Assembly (NCBI GenBank): GCA_040954595.2
Contig: CM082587.2
Location: 837,622-901,621 of the forward strand
Direction of reading: 5' to 3'
DNA length: 64,000 nucleotides
From: Balanoglossus misakiensis
Taxonomy: Eukaryota; Animalia; Hemichordata
The position numbers and the translations under genes were made by a program. The notes beneath the pieces were generated by a model. That model had not been told where the DNA came from. It did not search any database and saw only the letters and a list, made by a program, of their open reading frames with translations. Shown one piece after another: positions 23,501-38,500 of the stretch (its first letter is position 1; each line of letters starts with the position of its first letter).

Positions 23501-26500
23501 TTGTTTCTACTTTCCGTAACTTAACTGATGCTCAAGGCCTTTCTAAGACCAGTATAAAATTCATAATTCGACATCTTTTTGGTTTCCCAATCTCCAAGTA
23601 TCTGCTGAGGTACCCACCTGGCATACAAACACAAGTAAAACGCCCAGTTCCATCCAGGCAAGTTCCATGATTCAAACACGGCCACGATGCACACTCATTG
23701 ATGTTGACTTCACAGCGTGGACCAGTGTATCCAACAGCACATTCGCATCGGAAAGTTCCTGGTTCATTGACGCATCTGCCACCATGCTCACAGGGATCGT
23801 ACTCTGTAGTTCATAGAATAAAAATAAATAAATCAGTTGTCTGTCTTCTGCACAATATATATCATCTCTCTTTTCACACTGCAGACCAAAATGGCAGAAC
23901 ACAATTCAGGGAAGATAACACTCACCTGTGTCACATTCATCAATATCAGTACTGCAGTCTGTTCCGTTATATCCATTGGGACACGTGCAAACTGCATCGC
24001 CAGAGTCCGGGATGGTGTCGCAGGTAGCACCAGGATGGCAAGGGTTGCTAACGCATGCATCGTCCAGGTGGCACAACAAGCCTGTCTTACCAGGTGCACA
24101 CTCGCATACAAACGATCCAACCCTGTCGTGACATGTACCACCGAAATAGCACTCTGCGTTGGCGCAATCGTCGATGTTCTCACTGCAGTCGTCTGCTGTC
24201 CAGCCACTGACACAGACACACATGTAACTACCTGGACTGTTGAAGCAGGTCCCGCCGTTCTTACACAGATTGTGATTCAAAGCACACTCATCCACATCCA
24301 ATGTACAATGTTGACCTATAATATCAAATTACAAATTCAATGTTAACCTATTTCAGTATCAGACTTGCTCTCGATAAATCATTTTCACTGGTGAAGTAAA
24401 AAGCCATTCTTATGTATTTTGTAAAAATGTATGTATGCATAAAGACATATAAAACAAAAAATGATCTTAGAAGCCAAACATCTAAACCTTTGTGCACTAT
24501 GAATGTTAAACACAAGGCTCAACCCACATGTAATGTATCCAACTGAAACAAAACTGCCAAGTGTCAAGTTACAAAGCAACATACAATGAATGAATTTAGA
24601 AGAAGACGTACCTGTATATGAGCTTGGACAATCACAAGTGTAGTCATTGACTCCATCAATACATGTTCCTCCGTTCATACACTCATGATTGATGCAATCA
24701 TCTATGTTGATCTCGCAGTCATGACCAGTGAAACCTACAAGAGAAATGGAAACAACACCAAAACATATTGAATAGTTCAGTATAAATCATTGAAACTGTG
24801 GAGAAGAAAAAAACATGGTCCATCTATGCAGAGTTTTATACGTGAAAGCTTACAAACCTCGAGGGCAGGCACACTCATAGGTGAGAGTCCCAGTGACAAT
24901 ACATGTTCCTCCGTTAAGACAGCCAGATGGATTGCATGGTACGAAGATATACTCGCAGTGAAGGCCTCTGTATTGGGGTGTACACTGGCACTCGTATGAG
25001 CCATGTGTGTTCATACAGCTTCCACCATTCTGACATTGTGTTGGATACAGAATGCATTCATTGATGTCAATGTCGCAGGTGGATCCTGTAAATCCCACCG
25101 GACAGGTACACTGAAATCCATTCTGTGGCGAAGAATGACATGTTGCGCCATTCTGGCACGGGCTGTTGGCACATCGATCTATATCTTCACAGGTTGGACC
25201 TAAAAGTAATCAAATAAAATCATGATTACTGCCCTGAAAAGACTTTAATATTCGAGATTTTTAAATGTACAGATCAAAGGTACAGATTTCAATGCTGCAT
25301 GTCATGTTTATCCGTCAGACAAAAGGAAAGAAATACTGAAGGTGTGAATATTGGAAGAGTGTAAACATTTCTGCTGTGAGTACCACACAGAAACCATAAC
25401 AATTACTTTGGTTGTGTAGACTGTGCTTTCATCGTTTTTCTAAACGTGCAGTGAAAGAAATCCATTGTTTTGGATTTTTACTGACATTGGCAGGTTTGCT
25501 ACAGTACTTCATTTGTACTTATTAAGGGGACATTATCTGTAACTTTTGCCTTTTTCTGCATTTGCATCCCATGGCTGTTACATGTACAGAGCATATCAAT
25601 ACTGGTAAAACTATTTTACTCTCATTCATTTCAAACCTCGGCTAGCGCCAATATTAAACAGATATTCAGTGGTTTGAGTGTATTTTTTTCCCCTTCTGAA
25701 TAGCGACAAATGTTGATAAGGGGTGTGAAAAGGCCGACTGAATAACAGTTTCTCTGTTTTGGCAAACTTCCAGGGTTGAACTGTTTACCTGGGCTGGGGG
25801 CATTAGAATACCCATTATCAAATTAGCAACATTGAGTACAGCCTCAGAATGTGAAATTCATCCCTTCTGCCTAGCGGTTCAGCTCTGTGCAGACTTTGAA
25901 ACCGGTGTAACAGGGTTCACAATGCTCAGACTAGAGTCACTGGAAAATCCTGGCAGTCTCCAGGAGTTCCTTCACTGATTTTCCAGGAAATATTTTGGGG
26001 GTAAAAACGACCCCTTTGCAAACCCTGCAATAAAGATAAGATGAGCACCAACCTGTAAAGCCAATTTGACATACACATCCGTATTGGTTCAGAGATCCCC
26101 TCAGTTCACAAGTCCCACCATTCCTGCACGGCTCCGTGTCACAGATCGACTCATCACGGTATTCACAAAGAGTACTGGAGTAGCCAATGGGACAATTACA
26201 GGAAAAACGTGCGTCATGGGTACTGATTGCAACAATGCAGGTACCGCCATTCGTGCAGGGGTTGTTGGGGGCACATGGATCTGGGAACTGACAGGTCTCG
26301 CCAACATATCCTGTCACGCAACTGTAATGAAAAATATTGAACAAAACGGGTTAATTAATTAAGAATTGAGAAAAGTGGAACCTGTGAAATGAAACATTCT
26401 CAGAATTGATACAATCAAATGACATCTTTATCAATTTATGTCTCTTACTGAAATACGTCCCACAAGAAAGCCTTTTTGCATTATGTATGTGTATATTATG

Positions 26501-29500
26501 TTATTACTGTAATTAACTATTGGTAGATTGTATACTTGTACGTCTACACTGAATTATTGATTCTAGAATTTTTTGTTTGTAAAGACAGTCTACTGATCCT
26601 ATCAGCTAACACTGGGAGACCAGGCAACATGAAACAGCTTGATACCTGCTGTACTGCAATCATGCTCTGACAACTGACCACAACCAGTAGGATTAATGGT
26701 TGACAGAACAAAAGACTGTGTGACATAATGTGTACAACTGTTCTCTCAAAAGAATGAATTAATTCCCGCACATAATAATTAAAAGAGTCACCCACTAATT
26801 AGAATTTTAAATTACTACACCATTCTTACTGAGCTTTTGTCACAATGTCTTCTGGAATGAACGCCTGATATGAACCTTCATGTATTTGTGGGCCCTTCAC
26901 CAACTGTTTCGCCAATGAAGCTCTCCCATTATAATTAACTGCACGTAAACTGAAAACAAGTCTGACTAGACTTCTAAAACAGAATTGTCCAAACAAAAAT
27001 TCCATAGAATTCCAAGTTTGTGTAATCCCTGAATTAATTATGCATGAAGATGTCCAAGCGCACAGGTGGACATGGTCATTATCTGTTTTCACTTTCTTTG
27101 TTTGCTGTCCCTTTCATGGAGTTTTCAGTGGTTTCTTTTGTTTTGTTTCAAGAGTGTGAAGTGGAAAGTGTGCCAATGTTTTACATAACAAGAGAAGTGA
27201 ACAGGGTGGATGATGCCAGCCAGCACTCCGAAATCCATGACAAAGTCGGAACAAAGGAAATGGCAGTGCAATTGATAGTGTGTGTGGGGGGAATACACAA
27301 AAGCTTGTTATCATCCTCTGTACAAGCTTCTGTTGCCAAGACTCTAGAAACGGTCTCCTACCAGTCAACTAACGAACGAACCCATTACAATAATCACTAA
27401 AATGTCCAACCGTGTGCTAATGGGAATAAACAGCTTCACCGTAACATTCTACACCAATCTAGACACAATATGCACACCAAACAAGGAAAGTATTTCATTG
27501 ATGAAATCATCTGTTGATTTGAGAGAAACCCAAGAATTGGGTTCTCAGAAAATATGTACAACTTTTTATGTCTGTTTACAGAGACTTTCTTTAAGATTTT
27601 CTCAACAACTACTCAGTTTGTTGACATATTCAAGCAATGCTTTGTCTATACCCTGGTGAGAAAGAGACTCATTTCTAAATTCCATAAATTGTGTTCTAAA
27701 CGCTCGAGTTTCAGCATATATCATGTGTTAAAGGGACTAAGTGCTTGAAGATTTTTCTATCTAGTAATTACAATTTGTATTGGATGGATGATTTGTTATG
27801 AGAATCAAGATCACAAGGGATTATATACTAGCTTTCAGGCTGCCCTCTTTTGTTCGCAAAATTGACCAAAAATGATGTCCCTTAAAATCATCCTCCCAGA
27901 TGGCCCACTAACTTATGTTTATGGTGATTAGACGCCTCTGCAGCAAGTCACTAATAACACAGTAAAAGTGCAGGGCAGATAAAACTACTCAGCCAGAGTA
28001 CACTCTCAAACCATTCGTGGGAAATTTCTCCATCTATTCAGTTTTGTAAAAAGCGATTGTTTCAGTGTAACAATGAAACCACAAACAAAGATGGCAGACT
28101 AAATATAGGATATCCATGCTTTCACTCAGATATAGATCCTGTTGAGGAGAAAACAATAGACCAATCAGAGAGTTTGGACATATGGGCTTCCCTGGCAAGC
28201 TTCAAGTCGATCAAAAACGTTTTGGCAAAAATCTTTGTGTGATCACACCAATGTTGTCAATTGCATGGGAATAATTATTTTCTCCACAATGAAATTCACA
28301 ATTTTAAGGAAATAGACACCAAATGCTAGAGTGCCTTCATAGTGTATAATTTATAAAAAAGGATTTTTCAGCAAGTTTTTTCCCATAACTCAGTATTACC
28401 AAATCATGGGAAATGCCTTCAAAACCACACCATCTGTACACATCCCCCAGTAGACAACTTTGTACTGGAATCCCCGGTAATCCCACAATCAAAAGAGCTT
28501 TCTCAGAGATCTCATCTGCTCCCTGGAGAATAAAATTAATGTACTGATTGCTTTTGTTCCCATCAAAGTCACATCAAATTCATATTGAATCTCACAGAAT
28601 TAATTATCCCTGATGGAATAGAAATGAACAAGGGAGGCCCTAAGTACTCCATCACTATACTTATCCATTTGGTTCAGATTATACTTCCAATTATGATTTT
28701 AGGAGGTTGGTGGATAAAATAAAAGGTAACATTATTAATTAGCTAGTCTTGATGAAGCACTGGCTTCAGCATTTTGACAGTTACTCTGGTAGGTAGACTA
28801 TGTATCGCCACTTCCGTATAAAGCTAAATTTAACATTGACAGTTTCAACTAGTATCACACAAAGGGATGATAAAAGCACCGTTTCACAAAGCTCGACTAT
28901 CCAAACCATCCAAATTAACCAAACACTCGAACTTAGTTAAGTTCAACACTCACCATGTCGGCAGATTATGAAAGGCCTTTGTTGTTACGGAGTTAGCAAC
29001 ATCAAGGCTTAAAGTTCTGCCTGATTTTTACTGCCAGAGTTTGAAATGAACTAGTCCAGATTACGCCAGAAGATAATCGTGATATCCCCCACACGATTTA
29101 TCAATCCCTCGGATTAGAACTGTTGGTTCTTCTCATGGTTGCATTTCCACAACTCAAAGTCAAATTCTTTGATACAATAGCAACTTAGACATCTAGCCAA
29201 CTCCTTATAAACCCTCTCAGTCATCATAAAGCCCTATCGGAGGCCGAGAATTACCTTCCTGCTGTAGATTTACACAACACACATGTTCAACACCTGTTCA
29301 AGTGTTCATGTTTGTGGTCAGTTTTATCTCAGAATATGCCGACTGTCACAGACTTGAATGTGTTTTATCACACTTCAAGTATCACCAGACCAACCGCACT
29401 CCAACAATACCTTCTTTCATCATAAATTTTGCAATTTTTGTTTTCAAACTGCAATGGGATAATGAACACACCTTTGAATGTAAGATTTTGACATCATTAC

Positions 29501-32500
29501 GTATTTACGTGGGAGTTGAATTTCAGTAAAACAAAGGAATTTCACAAGCTCCAAGTCTGACCAGCCAAATTATCACAGTAATAATGGAATGCGAAATGTC
29601 ACACAGAACTACTGTGGTGTGAAGTAATCTACAACACATCAAAATGGCCATTCAACTATTTCATGTACTTTTCTTGAGGCACGTCCAAGATCCAACGGAC
29701 ACCAATTTTGTATTCATGGTGACATTTAAATGTCCAGCTTTTGGCTCTGTAGTAAACAAGATAGTCAGAAAAAACCAACCATGTACAAGGGCAAATGCAG
29801 AAGCCCCTCCCATATCAGTTCGAATTATGAATGGTGTAAAAGCCCGCCAAATGGCCATTGTGACTAGAGTTTCTTTTGTCTACATGTCTTGGGTACAGCT
29901 CTTGCCATTCACACTGTCTACTTTGCCACTGCAGTCCCCATGAAAAGCTTTTTTCTTCTCTGGGGTGCATAATAAATATTTAAGGCAGTATAATTGGCTG
30001 AGACAGAATAATGGGTCGTGCGACAAGCAGGTGTGCATATAAATGCCTGTTTGTTAAGGGCGTAGCCATGTCCATGTACCTTGCCAGTGAAAGTTGGTCT
30101 CTTACATCACTTGCCTTTTTTCTCTCTCTCTCTGACAATTTGCTGGGTTCATAATTGTTGATTTTGTAAATCACTGACCTCTTTCACCCCTAAATCAACA
30201 TATCGGGGCAAACTGATGATCAGGAAACAACACTACTCCGGGAGCTGAACATTAAAACTGAACACAAAAGAGTGTAGCTTCCTGCTGTAACAACATTCAG
30301 GATTTCCTTCAAGGGCGTACGTAGACCAGAAATGGTGGGGCACTGACTTGTGTTTTCCACCTGCTTTTCTCAGCCTCATGTATTAAAGTAAACTTTTTCT
30401 CACCTGGTCAACTTCAAACAGGGATATCTATCCCAAAGTCTACCAGGTGGAACTGAAGATGAGACAGCCAATAGGGTAAAACTCGCTAGTCAAACCGTCT
30501 CTAATTAGCAGAATGAGTTTTTAACAACTTGAAATGAAACTAGCCGCTAGCAATTTCCTGGAACTCAACTACAAATGTAACAAATACCAATACATAACAA
30601 AGTACTTCACAGAAATTACGTCTATATAAATAGCCAGGTGGCGACTCAAGATATGCGACATTAAGATTTTATAGTTTTCAAATTTACGGTCAGTCTGGCA
30701 CTTGACAAAATAAGAGATCAAGTCTACAAGAATGTCTCTCACCCTTCACATGTGTGTCAAAAGTTTCCCTGCATTGTCATTAAAATAAACAGTTTTGGCC
30801 GAAAGCAATGTTCTTGGTGTAAGACTTCCGGAAGAGAACAAGCAACAACGAAAAAACTTCAATACAGACCAGGATAACCCATTCATCATCTGACCGTGCG
30901 CAGAATCCTTGATGATGTTGTCACTATGGTAACCTATTCAATGGACCCTGATGTGGAGATTTAAATGGTACCTTTAAATTTAACCGACAATGGGGGTTAG
31001 CAAACAAACAGACACGCAAGGTCTTTGGAAGCAGACCCAGTAATTGATCACATTCTCAACTTGGCATCTATATAATTTTCTTAACATTCAGATGCATTAT
31101 TTGGTCTTTACTAAGTAATTTTAACAATGCCAAAACTCTTCCCAAATTACAATCACAAAAAAAATCCATTTTTCTTCAAAATTGGATTGAGGTCAACAAA
31201 AACTACCACTATTCTGCGGGAGCTCTGTTCTCTGCATGCTAGTTCTGTTCCTGAAATGTTCTTATGTTTCACAGCACTGGAAGACATTCCAGTGGACAAG
31301 ATCCAGTCATACTGATGTTTGTACAAAAACCAGCGTGATGTCTTGTCATTGACAAGGACCAGTTAACAGACCCAATTTATAAGAAGAGCAAAAGACATGT
31401 TGCTTTCGTCTTCTATAAATCTCACCCCTGATCTTATTTTTTTTTACAAATCAAAAACTCGCTAAGTTTCCTAAAAGATATATCTGGTAAGTAAAGTAAT
31501 TAAGTCTTTAATCTCCAGATTACTGACTGAATTCTCTGCCTGCTTGCTTAGTTTCTCCACACTGATTAAATTCTTTGTTCTCAATAAAAGCAATTAATGA
31601 TTTGAAATAGTCGCATACTTTTTTGTGGTATTTTGTTCGATTATTCAACTTCGCAAAGTCTACACAAAATATGATTATGTTGCAAGACATCTTGTTTCTG
31701 ACAAACTGAAGATCAAATTTGCAAATTATGTTGACATTTGCATTCCACAAATACGTAGAAAATTTGCAAATCTAACAAAGCAGTACAGTATTGTGGGATT
31801 GATAATCTTATTTTTCAATAACACAAATAGTCTAAAGCTTTGGCAATTCCCCTGTGAGATGATGCAGAGTAAATTCACTTCTAAGACTGGTGACGCTATT
31901 TTTAAAATCTTTTCTTTTGATGTACAACTGGGCACTGAAACAAACCAGTACCATTAATCAGGTTTCTTTTCACTTGCCTGGACAGTACAAAAAATAATAT
32001 GTTATCCAAACATGAAATTATTAGATTCACAGGTGAAGACAGATTATCCTGGTTGACTTTTCCACACCCACATACTTGTCCAATGAATTTATTTGTATTT
32101 CAAGATGAGAATGGATATATGACAGTGTGTGTAAATAAATTGACATTGTATTGTTCCACCTGCTTCTGAAATATGATTGGTTTTGGCACCAGTTACGTTT
32201 ACGTTCAACAAACAAGAACCTGGTCTCTGTAAGCAAAGTCAAGATCAGACGGGAATGTTTAATTATGAACCGCTGATGGAGTTGAGGGCTAACCATTTAT
32301 ACTCTGGCCATATGCGTGGCCCCCCTTTGTTCACTCTAATACCCTACGCTCTGCCAACTGCCTGTGTTGAAAGTAGTTCCGGGTCTTCCATTTAAAACAG
32401 CTCGTCCAAATGTAAACATCCAGTGGCTGGCTCAGTTTCAAAGCCTTCATCCCGCATTCATGTAGGCTTAAAAGAGGGCCTTAAAAAACAAACCTCTAGA

Positions 32501-35500
32501 ACAGTTAACATTTTCTGTTTGGAAAGTTTCAGGGGAGGAATAAAAATAGCTCTTGGATACAAGTGGCCATATGGGGCTCACAAAATTATGGCTATATTTT
32601 TTGTACATATACCTTTGAGATTTCTGTCTGATCCCGATCATTAACCTTTTTCTATGCAGAGATGTGATATGGCATAAAAGTTGACAGACAGGATGCAACA
32701 AGTTAGACAGGTGTGGGGAAAGCATTTTAAGGTCAAAAACTGGCTCCCTGAAATCAGTTACACCTGTTTGTTTTAGGCCAGGGAGACAAAACCCATTGAC
32801 AAAGTGAACAAAAGCCAGTCTGACACTGCCACAGCAATCTGATCTACCGGCAATGAACTATGGAAGAGGTGACTTGCTCATCAGAAAATACCTTGACCAC
32901 TATGCAAACAGCTCTATTACACTCCACTGAAAATCCTTTACCCATTGTTTGAGAATCCCATGGAATTTCCCGGCCAGTGACTTCAGCAGGAAATTCTTCT
33001 TTGAAGGTCTGGGTATTTCTGATGTGGACACTAAGCTCTGAAATACAACACCTCCAGTTGGTGGTGTATTAGTGCTTTTAAATATTTACTCTGTATTAAC
33101 TGATGTGTGCTGTAGCTGTCAGGAACAGCTTTGTTCTTGTACTGGGCTAAACTATACAGTGTAGCCAAAGTAAAGGGTAATTTACAACAACAGAAATTAC
33201 TCACTGTCATGCACACAAAAGCCATGATAAATCACACAAACTTTCCCAGAACTTCCATTTTGCAGAGTAAACCTTTAAATCTGAGTATAATCCATTAGTT
33301 TAATGTTACGTCAATTTCATATATTGGAAAGGGCTTTAATCGTTTCTGATTGGACAGATGTACTAGGGTGTATGAAACAGACAAGTTTGGCATTTAACAA
33401 AAGGCAACAAAATAAAAATTTCTTGATTCTTGGGAAAAGTGTTTTATTTTTTGCTTTAAGTTGTATGAACAAAGTGTTTAAGTTAATTTTCAGCACTCTG
33501 GTTTGCTGCTGTAGAAATGTTGAAACAAACGCTTCATAAAGGTTTGGTCATTTAAACATATGACAGAAGACTGTGTCTAACAACTATAGACGAATACATT
33601 TTGAAGTAAACAGATTCAAAATAGGTCAGCTTTGCCACTCCTCCAAGTACCATGAACCTTGCAACACTGATTAATCTTACTGCCTGTTCCCTTCCTCTAC
33701 CCCCAAATTGACCACATCTTCACCTCAAAGGATCTTTTTGTCTGCGAGTGTTGTCATGAGAAACGCGGCAGTATGTAAATGGAGCAGTAAATATTACAAC
33801 TTTGATTTTATCATGGGTGTGAGAGATGCACACAAGGCCAAAGATCAGCCTGTCATGGTCTTCTGCGATGAATAGCACGAACCGCTTTCAACTAAAAAAT
33901 TCAGAAGGCAAGTTAACCCATGTCACCTAATCCGGGCCATCAACCACACACACATCGAGTCTTTCCCGCCAAAACTTGGCTAGTCAAAGCAACCCTTGGT
34001 ACGTGACCTTTACAAGTTTTTGTGTCTTTTATCTCCAACATGGTTAAGTTGCCTCTGGCACACACAAAACAGTGCTCGCTTGGTTCATACAAATCTTTGT
34101 AATGCCACTTTCCGACAAAGGCAACACATTTGTGTTCATCAGAGGGGCAATATTCAAAAGGCAGTATCTGTACACTGACCAGGTACTATGCAATGCCCTC
34201 CTTAGTGAAGCCAAGCATTGGTTCAGTGGTATTCTCCATCTAACCTTACACTGAATACTCTACTGAGCAAAAAAAAAAGACTTGTTTTCTGACTTTGCCA
34301 TGGTGACAAAACACTTGTGAATATCGCGGTTACCATGGCAATCACAAGTGCTACTATAGTTAAAAAGACAAGTGCGGTAATCTGCACTTCAGTACCAGTA
34401 CAATCCCCTGCCTGAGAGCAGCTACTTTCATCTTCGTATTCTATTTCACATTGTTAAATTTTTGGTGTGATTTAGTTATCTCACAAATCCACTACTTTTC
34501 TCTGAAACAAAAGTATCAGCTAGGAACTCTTGCATAATTCCTCAAAATCCTTTTCTGCATTTCTCAAGCGACTTCAGTCGGCCAGCAAGCCAAGTCTGCT
34601 GCATTACAACTTGTCACAGCTCAGTGATTCAAAGGCTTCATCTGCATATATGTAGACCGACAGCAAGCCAAGTTACTCAAATTCACATATGAAAGGGATG
34701 ATATGCAGGTAGCTCTTTCTTATGCTAAGCACAGGATTAATTCTTAATGACCGTTACGGCCTCAATCTTTGGGATGAGACAATCCACGCAAATAACTGGT
34801 GAAAGAAGGAATGGGATAGCCAATTCAAAGAGCTGACCAGATTACGCCACATGCTCAGTCCTGGAGTTCCCTAAACAATAAAAAGAATGACAACCACTCA
34901 TTTTAAATTCAGTGATGTCATGGTGGCATGCTCCCTGGTCGCAATGCCTCGTGTTGCAAAAAAAAAGAAAAGATGGTAATTAAGTCGCAGTGGCTGCTCC
35001 CAGATGCGGGACAGGGGGTGCCCACCTCTGCCCAATATGAATGCAATAATACCAGACCACGAGGCAAATGCTACCCCACATGTGACCTTTGCTCTAGTTG
35101 TAAAACCTGATATCAATCCAGTGGGGGCACCCTGATCAGTGCAACTTCCTTTGGGACAAGGTCTTTTACCTGTCTTTCAATTCAATGCTGCTATTACCGC
35201 TGGTTTTCTGGTTTGGCCTTCAGAAGAGTCAGTCATACAATCATTTCGCCCTGTAATTACTCTATAAGTAGTAAAATGCTCACTGATTTATAGCCATATG
35301 GCTCCAACTCTATTCTATTCCCAGCGACCACTCATAAGGCTCAGAAATGACAAATTTCATGGCTCAAACATTAATTCACTTAATGCATTTCACCACAGAC
35401 TCAGAACCTCAAGCATGATGATTCGTACAAACCCAAGATGCCACGGAAACAGCCAACCAGATGTTCTTCATCTGAGAATCAATAGGAAGCACTTTACGAT

Positions 35501-38500
35501 TTGAGGATATTTTGTACTTTGCTGTGTAAGGGAGGCATTCAGCACAAAGGCAAAGAACTATTGTATGTCTGTGGCACTGCTAACAGTATAGGCTTGTTAC
35601 CTAAAGGTAAAAAAGAGCCCGTAATTGGTTTATTTATTTCATCTATCCTGAAACCCATCAGACTGACTGCAAACACTGGCTGACCTTTCCACCTAACTGC
35701 CCCTTTTTGCGTCTATGAAAAAAATACCAACTTCCTGTGGCCATGAGAACACTCTACCCAGAAGTCAACACATGGAAATGATTTGGAGACACTGGTTGTA
35801 AAGTTGGCGTTTTGTTTTGAGTTGTGACTCTGCCGAAGAATTTATAGCCTCTCAAGCAAATATAGGATACACTAAGAATTCTTCAGTAATGTTGTTATAG
35901 AGGAGTTTTATTAGTGTGACAACTATCATCAAGAAAATATTACCCTGGGTTATATCTCATGCACCTTGGGTTTATAAGAGCTTCCAAGTGTGCTTGAGAT
36001 GGTTACTATATTACACCGGCAGAGAAAAAAATGTATTATTGCATGGATTTAGAGATAATGCTAACATACTGTTGGTAATCCAACCCAATCTGAAAACCCA
36101 ACCCTTCCCGTGGTATGATCCTGCAACTTCTGACACCCGGTGCAAGGTCATAGAAAATGTCTATCATCCTTCATGGCTTCCCTTTTGACCTCAGCTTCAG
36201 CAGGGTCACTGTCTGTGGCTTCCTCTAAATTGAAAGCACATGTCACGGCGTTTGCACATTCTCTGAGGAATGCTTTCACCAGTTTTTATATTTTCAGACT
36301 TTCTTTTTATCAATTTTTTTAAGCCGATAAACTCTTCAGATTTGCTATAATGTGGTAGATGTACTTTGAGTAGAAACAAGTTAGTTCACTACCCACAACT
36401 GTTACAAGTTGTTCAGAAGCTAGCAGTCGTATCGCAAGCGAATGCATCGTCACTCTCTGCAGTGGCGAATTTTATTAAAAGTCTATGCGATTGTAACTTC
36501 ATAACTTATGGCAGATGTGCACTGATGGTAGCGTCCCAAGGGGCAGGCATGGGGCGGCCCTCTTCAAATAAACTGGAATCTTGCATGAGAAAATTTGTAC
36601 GTGAAAGGCATTATAATGGGTAACAAATGAACTTATGTCACGCTAGAACAAAGGATATACAGTGTAACACAGACAACTATGGACAGATGGTTGCTTGTCA
36701 CTTGTTTTTCAGAAAACCCTTTCTCCATCCACCATGATAAATATGATTATTCGCATCTCCAACCACATTCAAGTCATTCTTTCAACTTCTTCTTTCAACC
36801 CTCCTAGTCTGAGTGTTGTCAGCAGAGGCCTTTCAGTTTGGATTAAAATGCTCATGTTTTCGCAGACAAGCTGTCAAACATCTAAGGTTACTGTCATCAT
36901 TGTACAGTAACAATTATTGATGTCACAAATATTCTTACATTCTGTTGTTAATTTCTTTGATACAGGTGTGAACAAACTTATTTGACTGCGGAAAGAAACG
37001 GACTGAATACAAAGTACATGTATTGATGTACCGTATACTGATTTCCTGGAATTACATAATATCGGTAGTGTCTCAAATGAATGAAACACAAAATCAGAAT
37101 CATTTATTATACTACAAAGACTGGTGAAACTATGACTTTGACTTGAGATTCCAGAGCATCAGTAAAACTGCGTCAGATTTCTACTCTGACTGGTATCCTC
37201 GTCTTCATTCCATCCCTAGCCAGGGATGTTATGAATGACATACATGTGTAGTAAAGCGTATCAACTTCACAGACTCAAGAACACTGGGAATATTTTTTTC
37301 CTGGAGGGACACTAAAGTATGCCCGTAAACATACCATGATGTCACATAACTGACAGCAGATTGCAAGACTATGTAGATCGCAGCGCCCTGTGTCTTTACG
37401 GTGTCTAACCCTCTGATGACAAAAGCATAAACTCTGCCAACAGTCCAAGTAACCTTTGTGCGTCCATGTTCACACTGGCCTTTATTTTTACAGCAAAATC
37501 TTTGATATACACCACCTGCAAACTGCAGGCACTCCATAAAATCCAGATCAATTATTTAAATGCACAGAGTGCTCTATCATGGGAAAAGTACATAGCGGCC
37601 AAGTGGTACTTGTATGAAATTCAAGTATTAAATGAAAATTGAAGTGCTGTGGTGTGCGAGATCAACTCGGCAAAAGAACTGAGATCCCTTTTGCAGCATG
37701 TGTTGATTTCAAAAGTGATAAAACAATTACTTAATTATTACAGAAAAGTTAATTGAAGTACATTGATTCTAATTAATCACTAATGCATGGAGCAATCAGT
37801 GAAGAGACTGGAAAGGAATGTAATTACTGTGGGAGAGTTTCCTTCTTATTGTGTCGAATGAATGACAAGCCATAGTTGATAAAAATTTCATTACGACAAT
37901 AATACATCAAGATTGTCGTGACTGACCAGTATTATCAATGTGACAACATAATCCCAGTTCTCATTAATGGGGATATGGAATTTTCGAAGCATCACTGCCG
38001 GTATCGGACATTGCAGAGAAGCTGAGGAATGCATTGTGAACAGGGCAGTCCCACTCCCAGAGAAGGTCCTGTGTGAACCAAGCCCACAGGGAGACCGATT
38101 TGTATTCCTTAACTAATGAACCAGACAGAGAAACAGATACTGAGTAAGCATGAAAGACTGTTGTCACCAGAATGAAGCCATTGGCACTGGAAGCATGTGA
38201 AATTCCACACAGAATAAATCCGCCAGTGCAAAAAGTACCTCTACACAGCAACTGACAGATGTTTATCCTCATGTTGTATTTGCTTGACATTTGCTATGCA
38301 TACCGCATTGTTTTGGTGTCAAGCGAAATCGAGTACAGTGAATTTGTGAAACGAGGTTCAGTTGATGAAATAAATTACTCGCGGGAACTGGTAAATAAAT
38401 TAGTTGCAATTAATAAACTTACAATCGATTACAATGACTCTAGAACAACTAGTAATAAATCAAATCTTTTCCCACCCAGGATTGCCAAAAACTTGACCGG

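Noticed and set aside
13204-26362. Numerous plus-strand and alternative-frame ORFs overlapping Notch exons
   Set aside because: Shadow ORFs caused by EGF codon periodicity; no independent domain signal.
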